Source of the DNA: a virus
Lineage: Duplodnaviria > Caudoviricetes
IMG/VR virus record: IMGVR_UViG_3300048586_000294
Coordinates: 184-64,183 of that record
Reading direction: 5' to 3' (one strand)
DNA: 64,000 nucleotides
The translations under genes and the position numbers were made by a program. Under the pieces are notes generated by a model that was not told the origin of the DNA, did no database searches, and saw nothing but the letters and a program-made list of their open reading frames with translations. How positions within the stretch are numbered: the first letter of the stretch is position 1; the number at the start of each line of letters is the position of its first letter. Shown piece after piece: positions 49,811-58,017 of this stretch.

Positions 49811-50281
49811 ATGGAGGTCGCTATGAACGCCATCGCAACTACCGCTATGACCGCCCAACAGCTCCACTCCGCCATTGTGGAGGGCACCGTCTCCGTCACC
49901 GAAGGCAAGGCCGTGCTCCGTGCTCGCATTGCCAAGGCCGAGGCCGAAGGCCGCAAGCCACGCGCTCCGAGTGTGCAGCTCCTGAAGGAGCTGGAAGACC
50001 TCAAGCCCAACGCGAAACCCACGAAGTTGCCCAACCCCGTTGACGCACTCAAGGCCGCCAAGGCTGCAAAGCAGCCCGAGCAACCGGAGGCCAAGCCGCA
50101 AGCTGCGAAGCAGCCCGCAAAGCAACCTGCGAAGCAGGCTCCTGCCAAGGCCGCTGATGCCAATGCCACCGTGCTTACCAACGGGCAACTACTCAACCTG
50201 CTCCGCGAACGAGCCAGCGCAGATGCGTCCTTCCTGTCCGCCCTTGGCAGTCTGTTCATCGAGCTGACCCAAGCGAAGTAA
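49811..50281 (+). CDS. Lys/Ala/Pro/Gln-rich protein, first early gene
   Basis: KQPAKQPAKQAPAK low-complexity tract; start may be 49823 (GGAGG RBS). Confidence 0.7.
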   Translation: MEVAMNAIATTAMTAQQLHSAIVEGTVSVTEGKAVLRARIAKAEAEGRKPRAPSVQLLKELEDLKPNAKPTKLPNPVDALKAAKAAKQPEQPEAKPQAAKQPAKQPAKQAPAKAADANATVLTNGQLLNLLRERASADASFLSALGSLFIELTQAK

Positions 50282-50346
50282 GCCCGTTCGTCTGGTTATC
50301 AGAGGCAGCCACACCGGCTGCCTTTTTCGTTTCAAGGAGAAACACC

Positions 50347-50880
50347 ATGTCCGCCTACATGAACAGCAACACAGACGTTGCAAGCTTTGGCTCCTTCCTG
50401 ATCCGCTTTCTCAGCTACCACTCATGTCTCCACGGCCACAAGACACGCGCTTTGCTCAACAAGGTGTGGCCGTACTCGCCATGGGCACCCAACTACAGCC
50501 ACGCGAGAGATAACCATCTGCCGTGGCAAGTAGGCAGGTTGTGCCGCCTCATGTTGCTGATGAATCGCCGAGGGGTATGGCATCGCTACACCTTGGGCCG
50601 CACGGGGTCGAGCCGCCACGACACACCGGCCTGGGAGCACACCCGCGTTGCCAAGCTGCGCCACAACTGCGCTCCACCACTGGAGAAGCAGCTCGTAGAG
50701 ATGGCCAAGTTCATGAGAAACGTGACCTATCAGTGCGCCGAGTTCAGCGACAACTGCAAGCCACGCAACTATGACCTGTTGTGTGACTTCGAGCTGACCA
50801 TCTACTGCGATGTGATGTGTTCACTCAAGGTGTGGGAGGACGCACCGTGGGGCGGGTTCAGCTCTGTGCTGGGTAACTAA
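50347..50880 (+). CDS. Hypothetical early protein
   Basis: AAGGAGA RBS cassette junction. Confidence 0.65.
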   Translation: MSAYMNSNTDVASFGSFLIRFLSYHSCLHGHKTRALLNKVWPYSPWAPNYSHARDNHLPWQVGRLCRLMLLMNRRGVWHRYTLGRTGSSRHDTPAWEHTRVAKLRHNCAPPLEKQLVEMAKFMRNVTYQCAEFSDNCKPRNYDLLCDFELTIYCDVMCSLKVWEDAPWGGFSSVLGN

Positions 50881-50882
50881 TC

Positions 50883-50912
50883 CTCTCCCTAAAGGGAGAG
50901 TTCAATCATGGG
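50883..50912 (+). promoter_or_regulatory. Early hairpin motif, copy 2
   Basis: CTCTCCC-TAAA-GGGAGAG TTCAATCATGGG. Confidence 0.65.
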
Positions 50913-50954
50913 CTGCCAATTCTGGCGGCCCTTTTTGTTTGATGGAGAAACATC

Positions 50955-51317
50955 ATGATCGAGTTCAACGATTCATTCAGCCAAGCCGCAGTGGCCGAGG
51001 CCCTGCGAGCACACGACAGCCTGCAAGAGATAGTCAGCCGCAACCTGATGGTGCGTGGCTGGGAGTTCGACCACGACAGCGAGGGCAAGCGCACCAGCCC
51101 ACCGCACATCAAGCCCGTGCCAATGCTGCACAAGACCACCCTCTACGTGAACCCGAGCGACATGATGGACAACTTGCCCCGTGAGATTGGCTTTGCGTGG
51201 TGGGAGCGTGAGTGCAACGAGCGTGGCTATCCCATTGGGGAGTGGCGACGCACCATCGTGGGAGCCTACTTCAACCATGGCACCAATGAGCAACCCAACT
51301 GGGGGAGTCACACATGA
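50955..51317 (+). CDS. Hypothetical early protein
   Basis: GGAGAAACATC RBS junction. Confidence 0.72.
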   Translation: MIEFNDSFSQAAVAEALRAHDSLQEIVSRNLMVRGWEFDHDSEGKRTSPPHIKPVPMLHKTTLYVNPSDMMDNLPREIGFAWWERECNERGYPIGEWRRTIVGAYFNHGTNEQPNWGSHT

Positions 51318-51637
51318 GCATCTTCGAGCACATGACATGGGGACTGGGCACCCCGAACCTGCCCAAGCTGGGGGCTCGGGCCATCCTGCAACGTGGTTAC
51401 GTGGACTTCCTGGGCGACCGTGCCGGTATGTACGGTGAGCCAAGTGACGAGTGGCGGGCCGAGTGCGACAAGGTGCTGCCGTACTTCCTCAAGCAGCTGA
51501 CCAAGATGGCCAAGGCATACCAGATATGCACCGACATGGACGAGGTGTTTCGCCTCGAACACAAGGGCTGGGTGTGTGAAGCCAACCCAAGGGCCAGCTA
51601 TGGCTACCTCTACCTCGACATCTACCGCCCCGCCTAA
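51314..51637 (+). CDS. Hypothetical early protein
   Basis: ATGA overlap; ends ANPRASYGYLYL. Confidence 0.7.
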   Translation: MSIFEHMTWGLGTPNLPKLGARAILQRGYVDFLGDRAGMYGEPSDEWRAECDKVLPYFLKQLTKMAKAYQICTDMDEVFRLEHKGWVCEANPRASYGYLYLDIYRPA

Positions 51638-51668
51638 CAGCGGGGTTTTTGTTTCAAGGAGAAACATC

Positions 51669-52214
51669 ATGAGCAAGTTCTACAACGTGGGCACGCTGGG
51701 CCGCCGTGAAGTCACGGCCCTGTTGAACAAGCTGACTCACAACGCTGCCGACAACGCCGCCCACACCCTCGACTACGTGGGCTGCAAGCTGAATCCCTAC
51801 GACCAGCGCAAGGGGAAGGCCAAGGCACGACACGCCTTGCGCCGCCTCAAGAAGGCCATCAAGGCGGGCCGCATACCGGTCGAGACCAACGAGCATGGCA
51901 GTCGCATTGACCGTGGTTTCCATTCCGCTGACCGCTACTACTACGATGCGCGGCTCACCTCTGCCGATGGCTGGGAGCAATACGACACCGACCAAGATGC
52001 GTGGTATTTCGGGGTCTGGGTCAACACCACCAAGCTGGAGACCTTCACTTACGCAGAGGGGGACACACGACACCTGATTGCCCCGAGCGTTGAGGCATTC
52101 CGCGCCGAGCTGGCCGACCTCTACAAGTTCTACCCACAAGCGCCCGCGTTTCGTTCCATCGACACCAAGACAGGGCAAGTCACCCACTACTACGAAGCCA
52201 AGCCACAAGTCTAA
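51669..52214 (+). CDS. Hypothetical early protein
   Basis: RBS junction before MSKF; GWEQYDTDQDAWYFGVWVN...YAEGD. Confidence 0.75.
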   Translation: MSKFYNVGTLGRREVTALLNKLTHNAADNAAHTLDYVGCKLNPYDQRKGKAKARHALRRLKKAIKAGRIPVETNEHGSRIDRGFHSADRYYYDARLTSADGWEQYDTDQDAWYFGVWVNTTKLETFTYAEGDTRHLIAPSVEAFRAELADLYKFYPQAPAFRSIDTKTGQVTHYYEAKPQV

Positions 52215-52267
52215 ACCTCGACCCAACGCCCCTCACATGAGGGGCTTTTTGTTTCAAGGAGAACATC

Positions 52268-53152
52268 ATGTTCAAACCAACCGTTCACTCTTACTTCTCC
52301 GGCGCTGGCCTGATGGACACCGGCCTTATCTTCGGTGGCCTGCCCATTGCCCGCTCGTTCGAGTTAGATCCGCTGGCCTGCAAGGTGCAGGCTGCCAACC
52401 TTGGCGACCACGTTGAGAACGTGGACGTGACCCAGCTCTGTGTGACTGGCCAAGGTGAAGCGGATGTGATCATCGGCACCTACCCATGCACCAAGTACAG
52501 CAACATTGCTGACATCAAGGGCACCCGCACGGGTGACGACCTCTTCCTCCACTTCTTCCGCCACATCGCATTGATGCGGCCCGAAGTCTACGTGGTCGAG
52601 AACGTGCCTGGGATGACCAAGTTTCCGGTGGTGATGGAGGCCATGACCCAGTTGCCGGACTATTACGTGACCACGTTCAACCCAGTGCGGGCCGAGCACA
52701 TGGTTCCCCAACGCCGTGACCGGCTGATCATCATGGGCAGTCGCCGCCCGTTCACATGGAATGCCCCCGACAAGGGCAAGGTGCCAAGCCTGATGTCTCT
52801 GTTAGAACGTGACCCCGAGATAGTCATCCCGCCCTCGGTCTATGCCCGCCTCAACGGGCAGTATCGTGACAAGCCAATCATTAGTGACCCCTTTAAGGGT
52901 GACATCGCACCCACCTGCCTAGCCCACTATGCCAAGGACAAGGGCACACGGCTGGTGATAGACCCAGTGACCAGAAGGCCGCGCCCTTACACGGTTCGTG
53001 AGTACGCAAGGTTGATGGGGTTGCCTGATTTCTTCACCTTTGACGCACCCGATAGTGATGCTTACCGCATGATTGGTAATGGTGTGGTGTTCCACAAGGG
53101 TGTGTGGGTGGCAGGAGAGATCGTGAGATGCTTCACAAAACATGCAGTGTGA
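52268..53152 (+). CDS. Orphan DNA cytosine-5 methyltransferase
   Basis: FSGAG (motif I), GTYPC (IV), ENV (VI), QRRDR (VIII), IGNGV (X). Confidence 0.93.
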   Translation: MFKPTVHSYFSGAGLMDTGLIFGGLPIARSFELDPLACKVQAANLGDHVENVDVTQLCVTGQGEADVIIGTYPCTKYSNIADIKGTRTGDDLFLHFFRHIALMRPEVYVVENVPGMTKFPVVMEAMTQLPDYYVTTFNPVRAEHMVPQRRDRLIIMGSRRPFTWNAPDKGKVPSLMSLLERDPEIVIPPSVYARLNGQYRDKPIISDPFKGDIAPTCLAHYAKDKGTRLVIDPVTRRPRPYTVREYARLMGLPDFFTFDAPDSDAYRMIGNGVVFHKGVWVAGEIVRCFTKHAV

Positions 53153-53326
53153 TATGTCAATTACAGATGGCAAAACATAACATGCCGCCCAAAAGGATGT
53201 GTTAATCATCCTTTTGGTATGTGGTGGGTGTATTTGGTGGTGAGGGTGATTAAATAGACGCCCAATTTGTTTGATAAATCATAACCAACACACCTGTATC
53301 GGTTCGTTAAGAGGGGCAACCCATAG

Positions 53327-53530
53327 ATGTTCCAACCAGTCACCGACCCAGCGCAGTTCCCCGCCTACCTTGGCGATGGTGTCTACGCCTCCTTCGACGG
53401 CTACCAGATATGGTTGCGCACAGAGGGAATGGATGGGGTCAACGAGATCGCCATAGATGACCAGTCGTGGGCGGCGTTACTCGCCTACCGCGACAGGCTG
53501 ATGGTCAAGTGTAACGAGAGCCAAGAATGA
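53327..53530 (+). CDS. Small hypothetical protein
   Basis: YLGDGVYASFDGYQIWL; GAGGGG RBS. Confidence 0.7.
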   Translation: MFQPVTDPAQFPAYLGDGVYASFDGYQIWLRTEGMDGVNEIAIDDQSWAALLAYRDRLMVKCNESQE

Positions 53531-54237
53531 ACCACGTATTTATGAACGCCGTGCTCAGTGGCAACGCCACCGCAATGCGTCACGAGGACATCAGCGAGCT
53601 GGAATCGCTGGTCATGGAGAGCCACGGCATACCCAAGGTGGTGAGTGCCGAGGTGTTCGCCCCGTTCTCCGACAACCAGCGCATGATCCTCATGGTCAAG
53701 CACGGGCTCTACGTCTTCCCGACGACCGAGCTGGCAGGCTGGTTGATAGGCGAGTGTTGCTGGCAACCGGTCATCGAGATTGGTGCAGGCAACGGCGCAC
53801 TGGCCAAGCACCTTGGCATCAGGGCGACCGACAACTACAGCCAAGCACCTGACTACCGGCCCGAGCCCAAGCTCCAGCAGTTGTGGCTACAGGGGCAACA
53901 GGCGATGCGCCAGATGGGTCAAGCCTTCGTGACCTACGGTGACAACGTGGAGCGCCGTGAGGCAATGGATGCGGTCATCAAGCACAAGCCCGAGGTGGTG
54001 TACGGCCTGTTCATCACCCACAAGTACCGCTCTGGCGACCAAGACGGCAACGTGTTTGGCGTGGAAGAGGACAAGATCATCCGCCGTGCCGATTACATCA
54101 TGGTTGGCAATGCCAAGACCCACCGCAACAAGCGCATCTTGGCGTTGCCCCACGAAGAGTACCGAATACCTGGGCTTGTGACCCGCAGTGCAGATCAGGA
54201 GTTGAACCGGATATGGAAATGGAAGAAGACGCGGTAA
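53527..54237 (+). CDS. Class I SAM-dependent methyltransferase-like protein
   Basis: VIEIGAGNGALA SAM-binding motif I. Confidence 0.7.
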   Translation: MNHVFMNAVLSGNATAMRHEDISELESLVMESHGIPKVVSAEVFAPFSDNQRMILMVKHGLYVFPTTELAGWLIGECCWQPVIEIGAGNGALAKHLGIRATDNYSQAPDYRPEPKLQQLWLQGQQAMRQMGQAFVTYGDNVERREAMDAVIKHKPEVVYGLFITHKYRSGDQDGNVFGVEEDKIIRRADYIMVGNAKTHRNKRILALPHEEYRIPGLVTRSADQELNRIWKWKKTR

Positions 54238-54608
54238 TCGAAGGGCTCAGTTTCAACCCCAAGAACGAGCAGTGGATGGCCACCTACATGGGGCAGCGTG
54301 TGGCCTACAGTGAGCGGCGCTTTGGCAAGGCAGCCAAGCGGCTGGCCGAGCGGGCCTTACTTGCCTTGCAGGCTGGCACCTATGACGAGGTGAAGGACAA
54401 CCTGCTGTTCAAGCAGTCGTACAACATCGACCTCGCCGCCAAGATGCTGAACCTGCATGTGGGTGAGCTGCGCCGCTGGCTGCTCAACGGGGTGGTGCGT
54501 GGCAAGGAGATCATGCCGCCAAGAAGGGATGACTACAGGGGGGCAGACAAATTCACCGGCTACGAATTGATCGTGGCACGGGAGAGCCTAAAGGGGATCA
54601 CATGGTAA
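54213..54608 (+). CDS. Hypothetical protein (AP2/HTH-like)
   Basis: GLSFN....QWMA...YSERRFG..A; AAKMLNLHVGELRRWL. Confidence 0.55.
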   Translation: MEMEEDAVIEGLSFNPKNEQWMATYMGQRVAYSERRFGKAAKRLAERALLALQAGTYDEVKDNLLFKQSYNIDLAAKMLNLHVGELRRWLLNGVVRGKEIMPPRRDDYRGADKFTGYELIVARESLKGITW

Positions 54609-54913
54609 CGCTAAGGATGGGGCAACTGGTTGAAGCCGGTGAACCCGTGATGGATGAATTGCCCAACGAGATTGGGGTGTGCCTGCACATAGACGAGGAC
54701 TATTACGGCCTGTTGTTTCGGGGTGGCAGCTATGACGAGTTCACCCAAGCGCAGCTGGCCGAGTTCAAGATCCGCCCGTTGGCACTGGTCGATGAAGCTG
54801 CCGCCAAGCACACCTTCACAGGGGTTGTTGATGCGATGTTCTGTGTCAGTCGTGGCCAGTTCCTGACCTTTACCTCGTCGGTGTTCCCGAACGGGAGGCC
54901 GTATGCTGACTAG
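54602..54913 (+). CDS. Hypothetical protein
   Basis: Operon packing. Confidence 0.6.
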   Translation: MVTLRMGQLVEAGEPVMDELPNEIGVCLHIDEDYYGLLFRGGSYDEFTQAQLAEFKIRPLALVDEAAAKHTFTGVVDAMFCVSRGQFLTFTSSVFPNGRPYAD

Positions 54914-55214
54914 GTTCGAGCGGTTGGAGTTCTTCATCCACCCGATGGCGCAGGATTTGGCTGACTTGGGCAAGGACTACGAAGACATCGCCGCGCAGAT
55001 GGCCAAGATGGGGGTGACACCGGAGGACTTCGGCCACCAAGCCATTGAAGAGAGTAGCGAGCTGCATTTGAGCGTGGTGCGTGGCAAATACTGGGGGCCA
55101 GGATATTTGGCCATGATCACCCGCCTCGACAATGGACATGTGGTGGCGATGGGTGAACGGATGACGCCCGAAGAAGTGGATGGCCTGATGGCAAGGATGG
55201 ATGATCAACTATGA
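54903..55214 (+). CDS. Hypothetical acidic protein
   Basis: GGGAGG RBS, operon packing. Confidence 0.6.
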   Translation: MLTRFERLEFFIHPMAQDLADLGKDYEDIAAQMAKMGVTPEDFGHQAIEESSELHLSVVRGKYWGPGYLAMITRLDNGHVVAMGERMTPEEVDGLMARMDDQL

Positions 55215-55271
55215 GCAAGCGGCGTTATTCACAGCATTGCCCCCAATGCACAACACAGGGAGGACGATTCC

Positions 55272-55658
55272 ATGATTGAAGAAACTATCGGGTTGAGCGG
55301 TGTCCAGCTGGCCGACGACGAACAGATGTATATACAGGGTGACAATCTGGTGTCCATCCGGCCAAGCGGGATGCACGTCATCCCCCTTAGCGATCTGCCT
55401 ACCTTCATCATTGCCTTGCAAGAGGTGGTCAAGTGGCGTGAACGTGAGCGCGACCCCGAGGCACAGCGCAAGACGCACAAGTTGTTTACCATCCCAGTGA
55501 GCAGCCTCAGTGAGGCCGAGATGTATATGTCGGTCTTGCAGATGTTCAAGCTGGTTCCCCAGGATTGCGTGTTGGCGGGAGTCAAACCTCGCGCTGGCGT
55601 TGACGCAATATACGTGAGCCCCGTACCGAAACAGTTGATGAACGGTAAGGCTCAGTAA
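55272..55658 (+). CDS. Hypothetical protein
   Basis: GGGAGG RBS; followed by a terminator. Confidence 0.6.
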   Translation: MIEETIGLSGVQLADDEQMYIQGDNLVSIRPSGMHVIPLSDLPTFIIALQEVVKWRERERDPEAQRKTHKLFTIPVSSLSEAEMYMSVLQMFKLVPQDCVLAGVKPRAGVDAIYVSPVPKQLMNGKAQ

Positions 55659-55688
55659 GTCCGCCTTGTAGTAAGTGGTGTCAGTTTT

Positions 55689-55712
55689 CCCCGCCTTCGT
55701 GCGGGGTTTTTT
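55689..55712 (+). terminator. Intrinsic terminator
   Basis: CCCCGC-CTTCGT-GCGGGG-TTTTTT. Confidence 0.7.
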
Positions 55713-55748
55713 GTCGAGTTCCCCTGCAAATGAACAGGGGAACCAAAT

Positions 55749-55955
55749 TTACTTGGAGAAGTAAATCCATGCCATGCCTGACAGCGCCAACGCAAGCATG
55801 ATGGTGAGCGACATTCTCTCAGAGCTATCAACGCTTTGAGCACAAGGATTACAAACCAGTGTGTCTTTGCGATCGTCTCTATTCCCTGTCTTCAAACGGC
55901 GGATCTGCCCGTGTTCGTTGGCAAGATTCCGACCACATTTACCGCAATGTGACAT
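55749..55955 (-). CDS. Small Zn-finger protein with C-terminal TM helix (moron)
   Basis: CGKC...CNPC, hydrophobic C-terminus, GAGGA RBS, own hairpin at 55718-55743. Confidence 0.55.
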   Translation of the reverse strand: MSHCGKCGRNLANEHGQIRRLKTGNRDDRKDTLVCNPCAQSVDSSERMSLTIMLALALSGMAWIYFSK

Positions 55956-56042
55956 AGTTCCTCTCTTGTAGTTATAACCAGGAAGTGGCCCAAACGAGTT
56001 CGGCCTCGTCGATTATTACACGCATACAGAACCATGTTAAGG

Positions 56043-56072
56043 GAGACCCTAAAGGGTCTCTTAAATCTTGGG
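56043..56072 (+). promoter_or_regulatory. Early hairpin motif, copy 3
   Basis: GAGACCC-TAAA-GGGTCTC TTAAATCTTGGG. Confidence 0.65.
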
Positions 56073-56115
56073 CTGACCATTCCGGTCGGCCCTTTTTACA
56101 TCTGGAGGAAATGTG

Positions 56116-56199
56116 ATGAACACCGATGTGAACACTCAAGCCAACGAGTTGAAAGTCATGATGTGCTGTCTCACCCGAAGCACTGGTCTTCATAGGTGA
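56116..56199 (+). CDS. 27-aa mini-ORF behind a cassette junction
   Basis: GGAGG RBS then ATG...TGA (MNTDVNTQANELKVMMCCLTRSTGLHR). Confidence 0.35.
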   Translation: MNTDVNTQANELKVMMCCLTRSTGLHR

Positions 56200-56210
56200 G
56201 TAGACCGGTG

Positions 56211-56261
56211 CACGAAGCCGACTGAGGCGGGCGAGCGAAGCGAGTACGCTGAAGGAGGCGG
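56211..56261 (+). other. Primosome assembly site (n'-pas/ssiA)-like sequence
   Basis: AGCCGA...GAGCGAAGCGAGT...GAAGGAGGCGG resembles ColE1-type pas GAGCGCAGCGAGT...GAGGAAGCGG. Confidence 0.5.
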
Positions 56262-56413
56262 AGGCCAAGAGCGAGAGTCACATACCAAGACGGAGGGGTG
56301 ATAGGTGTGTCATGTGATTTAAGTGAGGGGTTCACATTTTTTGATGTGTGGTAGAAATCACCCAAAAAGATGTGGACTTGGGCGTTGTGATTTTTTAATG
56401 TGAGGACTATCAA

Positions 56414-57661
56414 ATGAACGATGTAGATAATACTCTTATGGAGCCAGTTGCGATCGCCTCATTGATCATTGAAGCCAGCAAGCACGTCAACAAAACGTGG
56501 CAGGAGCTGGCCGAATTGGCGTCAGGCTGGTTGATAATCCATGGGCTGGAGACGCAGGTTAGCAAACAAGACCTCGCCTCACTGGCGGCTTGCATGAGGT
56601 TTACCGGCAAGCCCAACGCCCCTGATGCTGGCGACCGTGACTCGTTCTTTGAGTTCATCGGCATCAAGCGAAAGCCCAGGGAAGACCTGGGTGCTGGGGT
56701 ATCGGTCGAGATAGACGGGTGCAAGGGGACGTTGCGTTATCGTCTGGCCAAGGACATATTCGATACCACGCTACACATACCCATTCCCACCATTGAATGG
56801 GCTGAACAAGCCCCGCACTCCGTCCCCCAGATCAATCCCTTCTACGAAGTCACTCCGACTTTTCACGATGTCTTGACCGCGCTGGCTATGGGCTTTCGCT
56901 CATGGTTGTTCGGTCATACCGGCACAGGTAAGACGGCGGCTATCAGGGAAATCTGCGCACGCTGCGGCTTGCCGCTTGTGCGCATCAACTTCGATTCGGA
57001 AATGACCCGTGCTGATCTCGTTGGCAAGACCGAGCTGCTTAACGATGGCGGCACGACCGTGAGCCGGTTCATTGAGGGGGTGCTCCCTCGTGCTCTCCCG
57101 CATGTTGGGGTAGTGCTGCTCGATGAACTGGACTTCATCCGGCCCGACCTTGCCTACGTCATGCAGGCGGTGCTTGAGGGCGATGAACTGGTGCTGACTG
57201 GTGACAACGGACGCTGTGTGCCAGTGCATCCCCAGTGCTGGATAGTGGCTGCTGCGAATACCTGTGGCCAAGGTGATGATGTGGGCCTGTACCGTGGGGC
57301 GCGTGAGCAATCCGCTGCATTCCTCAACCGCTTCCAGACCTTCATCGAGTTTGAATACATGGAGTGGGCCAAGGAGGCCGCCTTGCTGGAGCGGGAAACC
57401 CGCTTGCCTATGCACCTGTGCGAGAAGCTGTGCCTCTACGCCAAGGAACATCGTGAGGCGTTCAGCAGGCGTGAAGTCCTCACTCCATTCTCGTATCGCC
57501 AGCTGGCCACGATGGCCAACCGGCTGATGTTCTTGTCCCGCCACTCGGGCGAGCCACCGAAGGACGGCATGATGGACGCCATGGAGCTGGTCATCCTCAA
57601 CGCTATGCCTGTCTATGAGCGCGTCAAGATGGCGGGTATAGCGCAACGGTTAAGCATCTAA
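56414..57661 (+). CDS. CobS/MoxR-like AAA+ ATPase
   Basis: FGHTGTGKT, LLDELD, AAANT, AAFLNRF. Confidence 0.85.
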   Translation: MNDVDNTLMEPVAIASLIIEASKHVNKTWQELAELASGWLIIHGLETQVSKQDLASLAACMRFTGKPNAPDAGDRDSFFEFIGIKRKPREDLGAGVSVEIDGCKGTLRYRLAKDIFDTTLHIPIPTIEWAEQAPHSVPQINPFYEVTPTFHDVLTALAMGFRSWLFGHTGTGKTAAIREICARCGLPLVRINFDSEMTRADLVGKTELLNDGGTTVSRFIEGVLPRALPHVGVVLLDELDFIRPDLAYVMQAVLEGDELVLTGDNGRCVPVHPQCWIVAAANTCGQGDDVGLYRGAREQSAAFLNRFQTFIEFEYMEWAKEAALLERETRLPMHLCEKLCLYAKEHREAFSRREVLTPFSYRQLATMANRLMFLSRHSGEPPKDGMMDAMELVILNAMPVYERVKMAGIAQRLSI

Positions 57662-57759
57662 GGAGGATGTGATGGGTTTGAAAGTCAGCCTGACCCCAGG
57701 CGAAAGGTGGTCAGGGATGTTTGTTATCACCCTCGGGTGTACCAAGGAAGGAGAGAAAG

Positions 57760-58017
57760 ATGTTGTCTATTGGTGAGTTGGTTATGCGTGGAGATCGCGG
57801 TGATTGGTATCGGTTTTTTCGCCGTTCTCGTTGTCACGAAACCTTGGATACTGCCATGAAACGGGTCGAGCGTGAGCTTGAACAGAGCGGTGCCAAGGTG
57901 GCCAAGCTGGCAGACATGTACCTTGCCTACGATGACCGTGAGCAAGAGCTGTACCGTGAACGCGCCCCGTTGCTGCGCAGGGATACCCCCAACGCAAAAA
58001 GCTGGGGGTTCTTCTAA
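57760..58017 (+). CDS. Hha/YmoA family H-NS co-silencer
   Basis: DWYRFFRRSRCHETLD...MYLAYDDREQEL aligns by eye with Hha DYLMRLRRCQTIDTLE...FYSAADHRLAEL; start 57760 or 57784. Confidence 0.7.
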   Translation: MLSIGELVMRGDRGDWYRFFRRSRCHETLDTAMKRVERELEQSGAKVAKLADMYLAYDDREQELYRERAPLLRRDTPNAKSWGFF

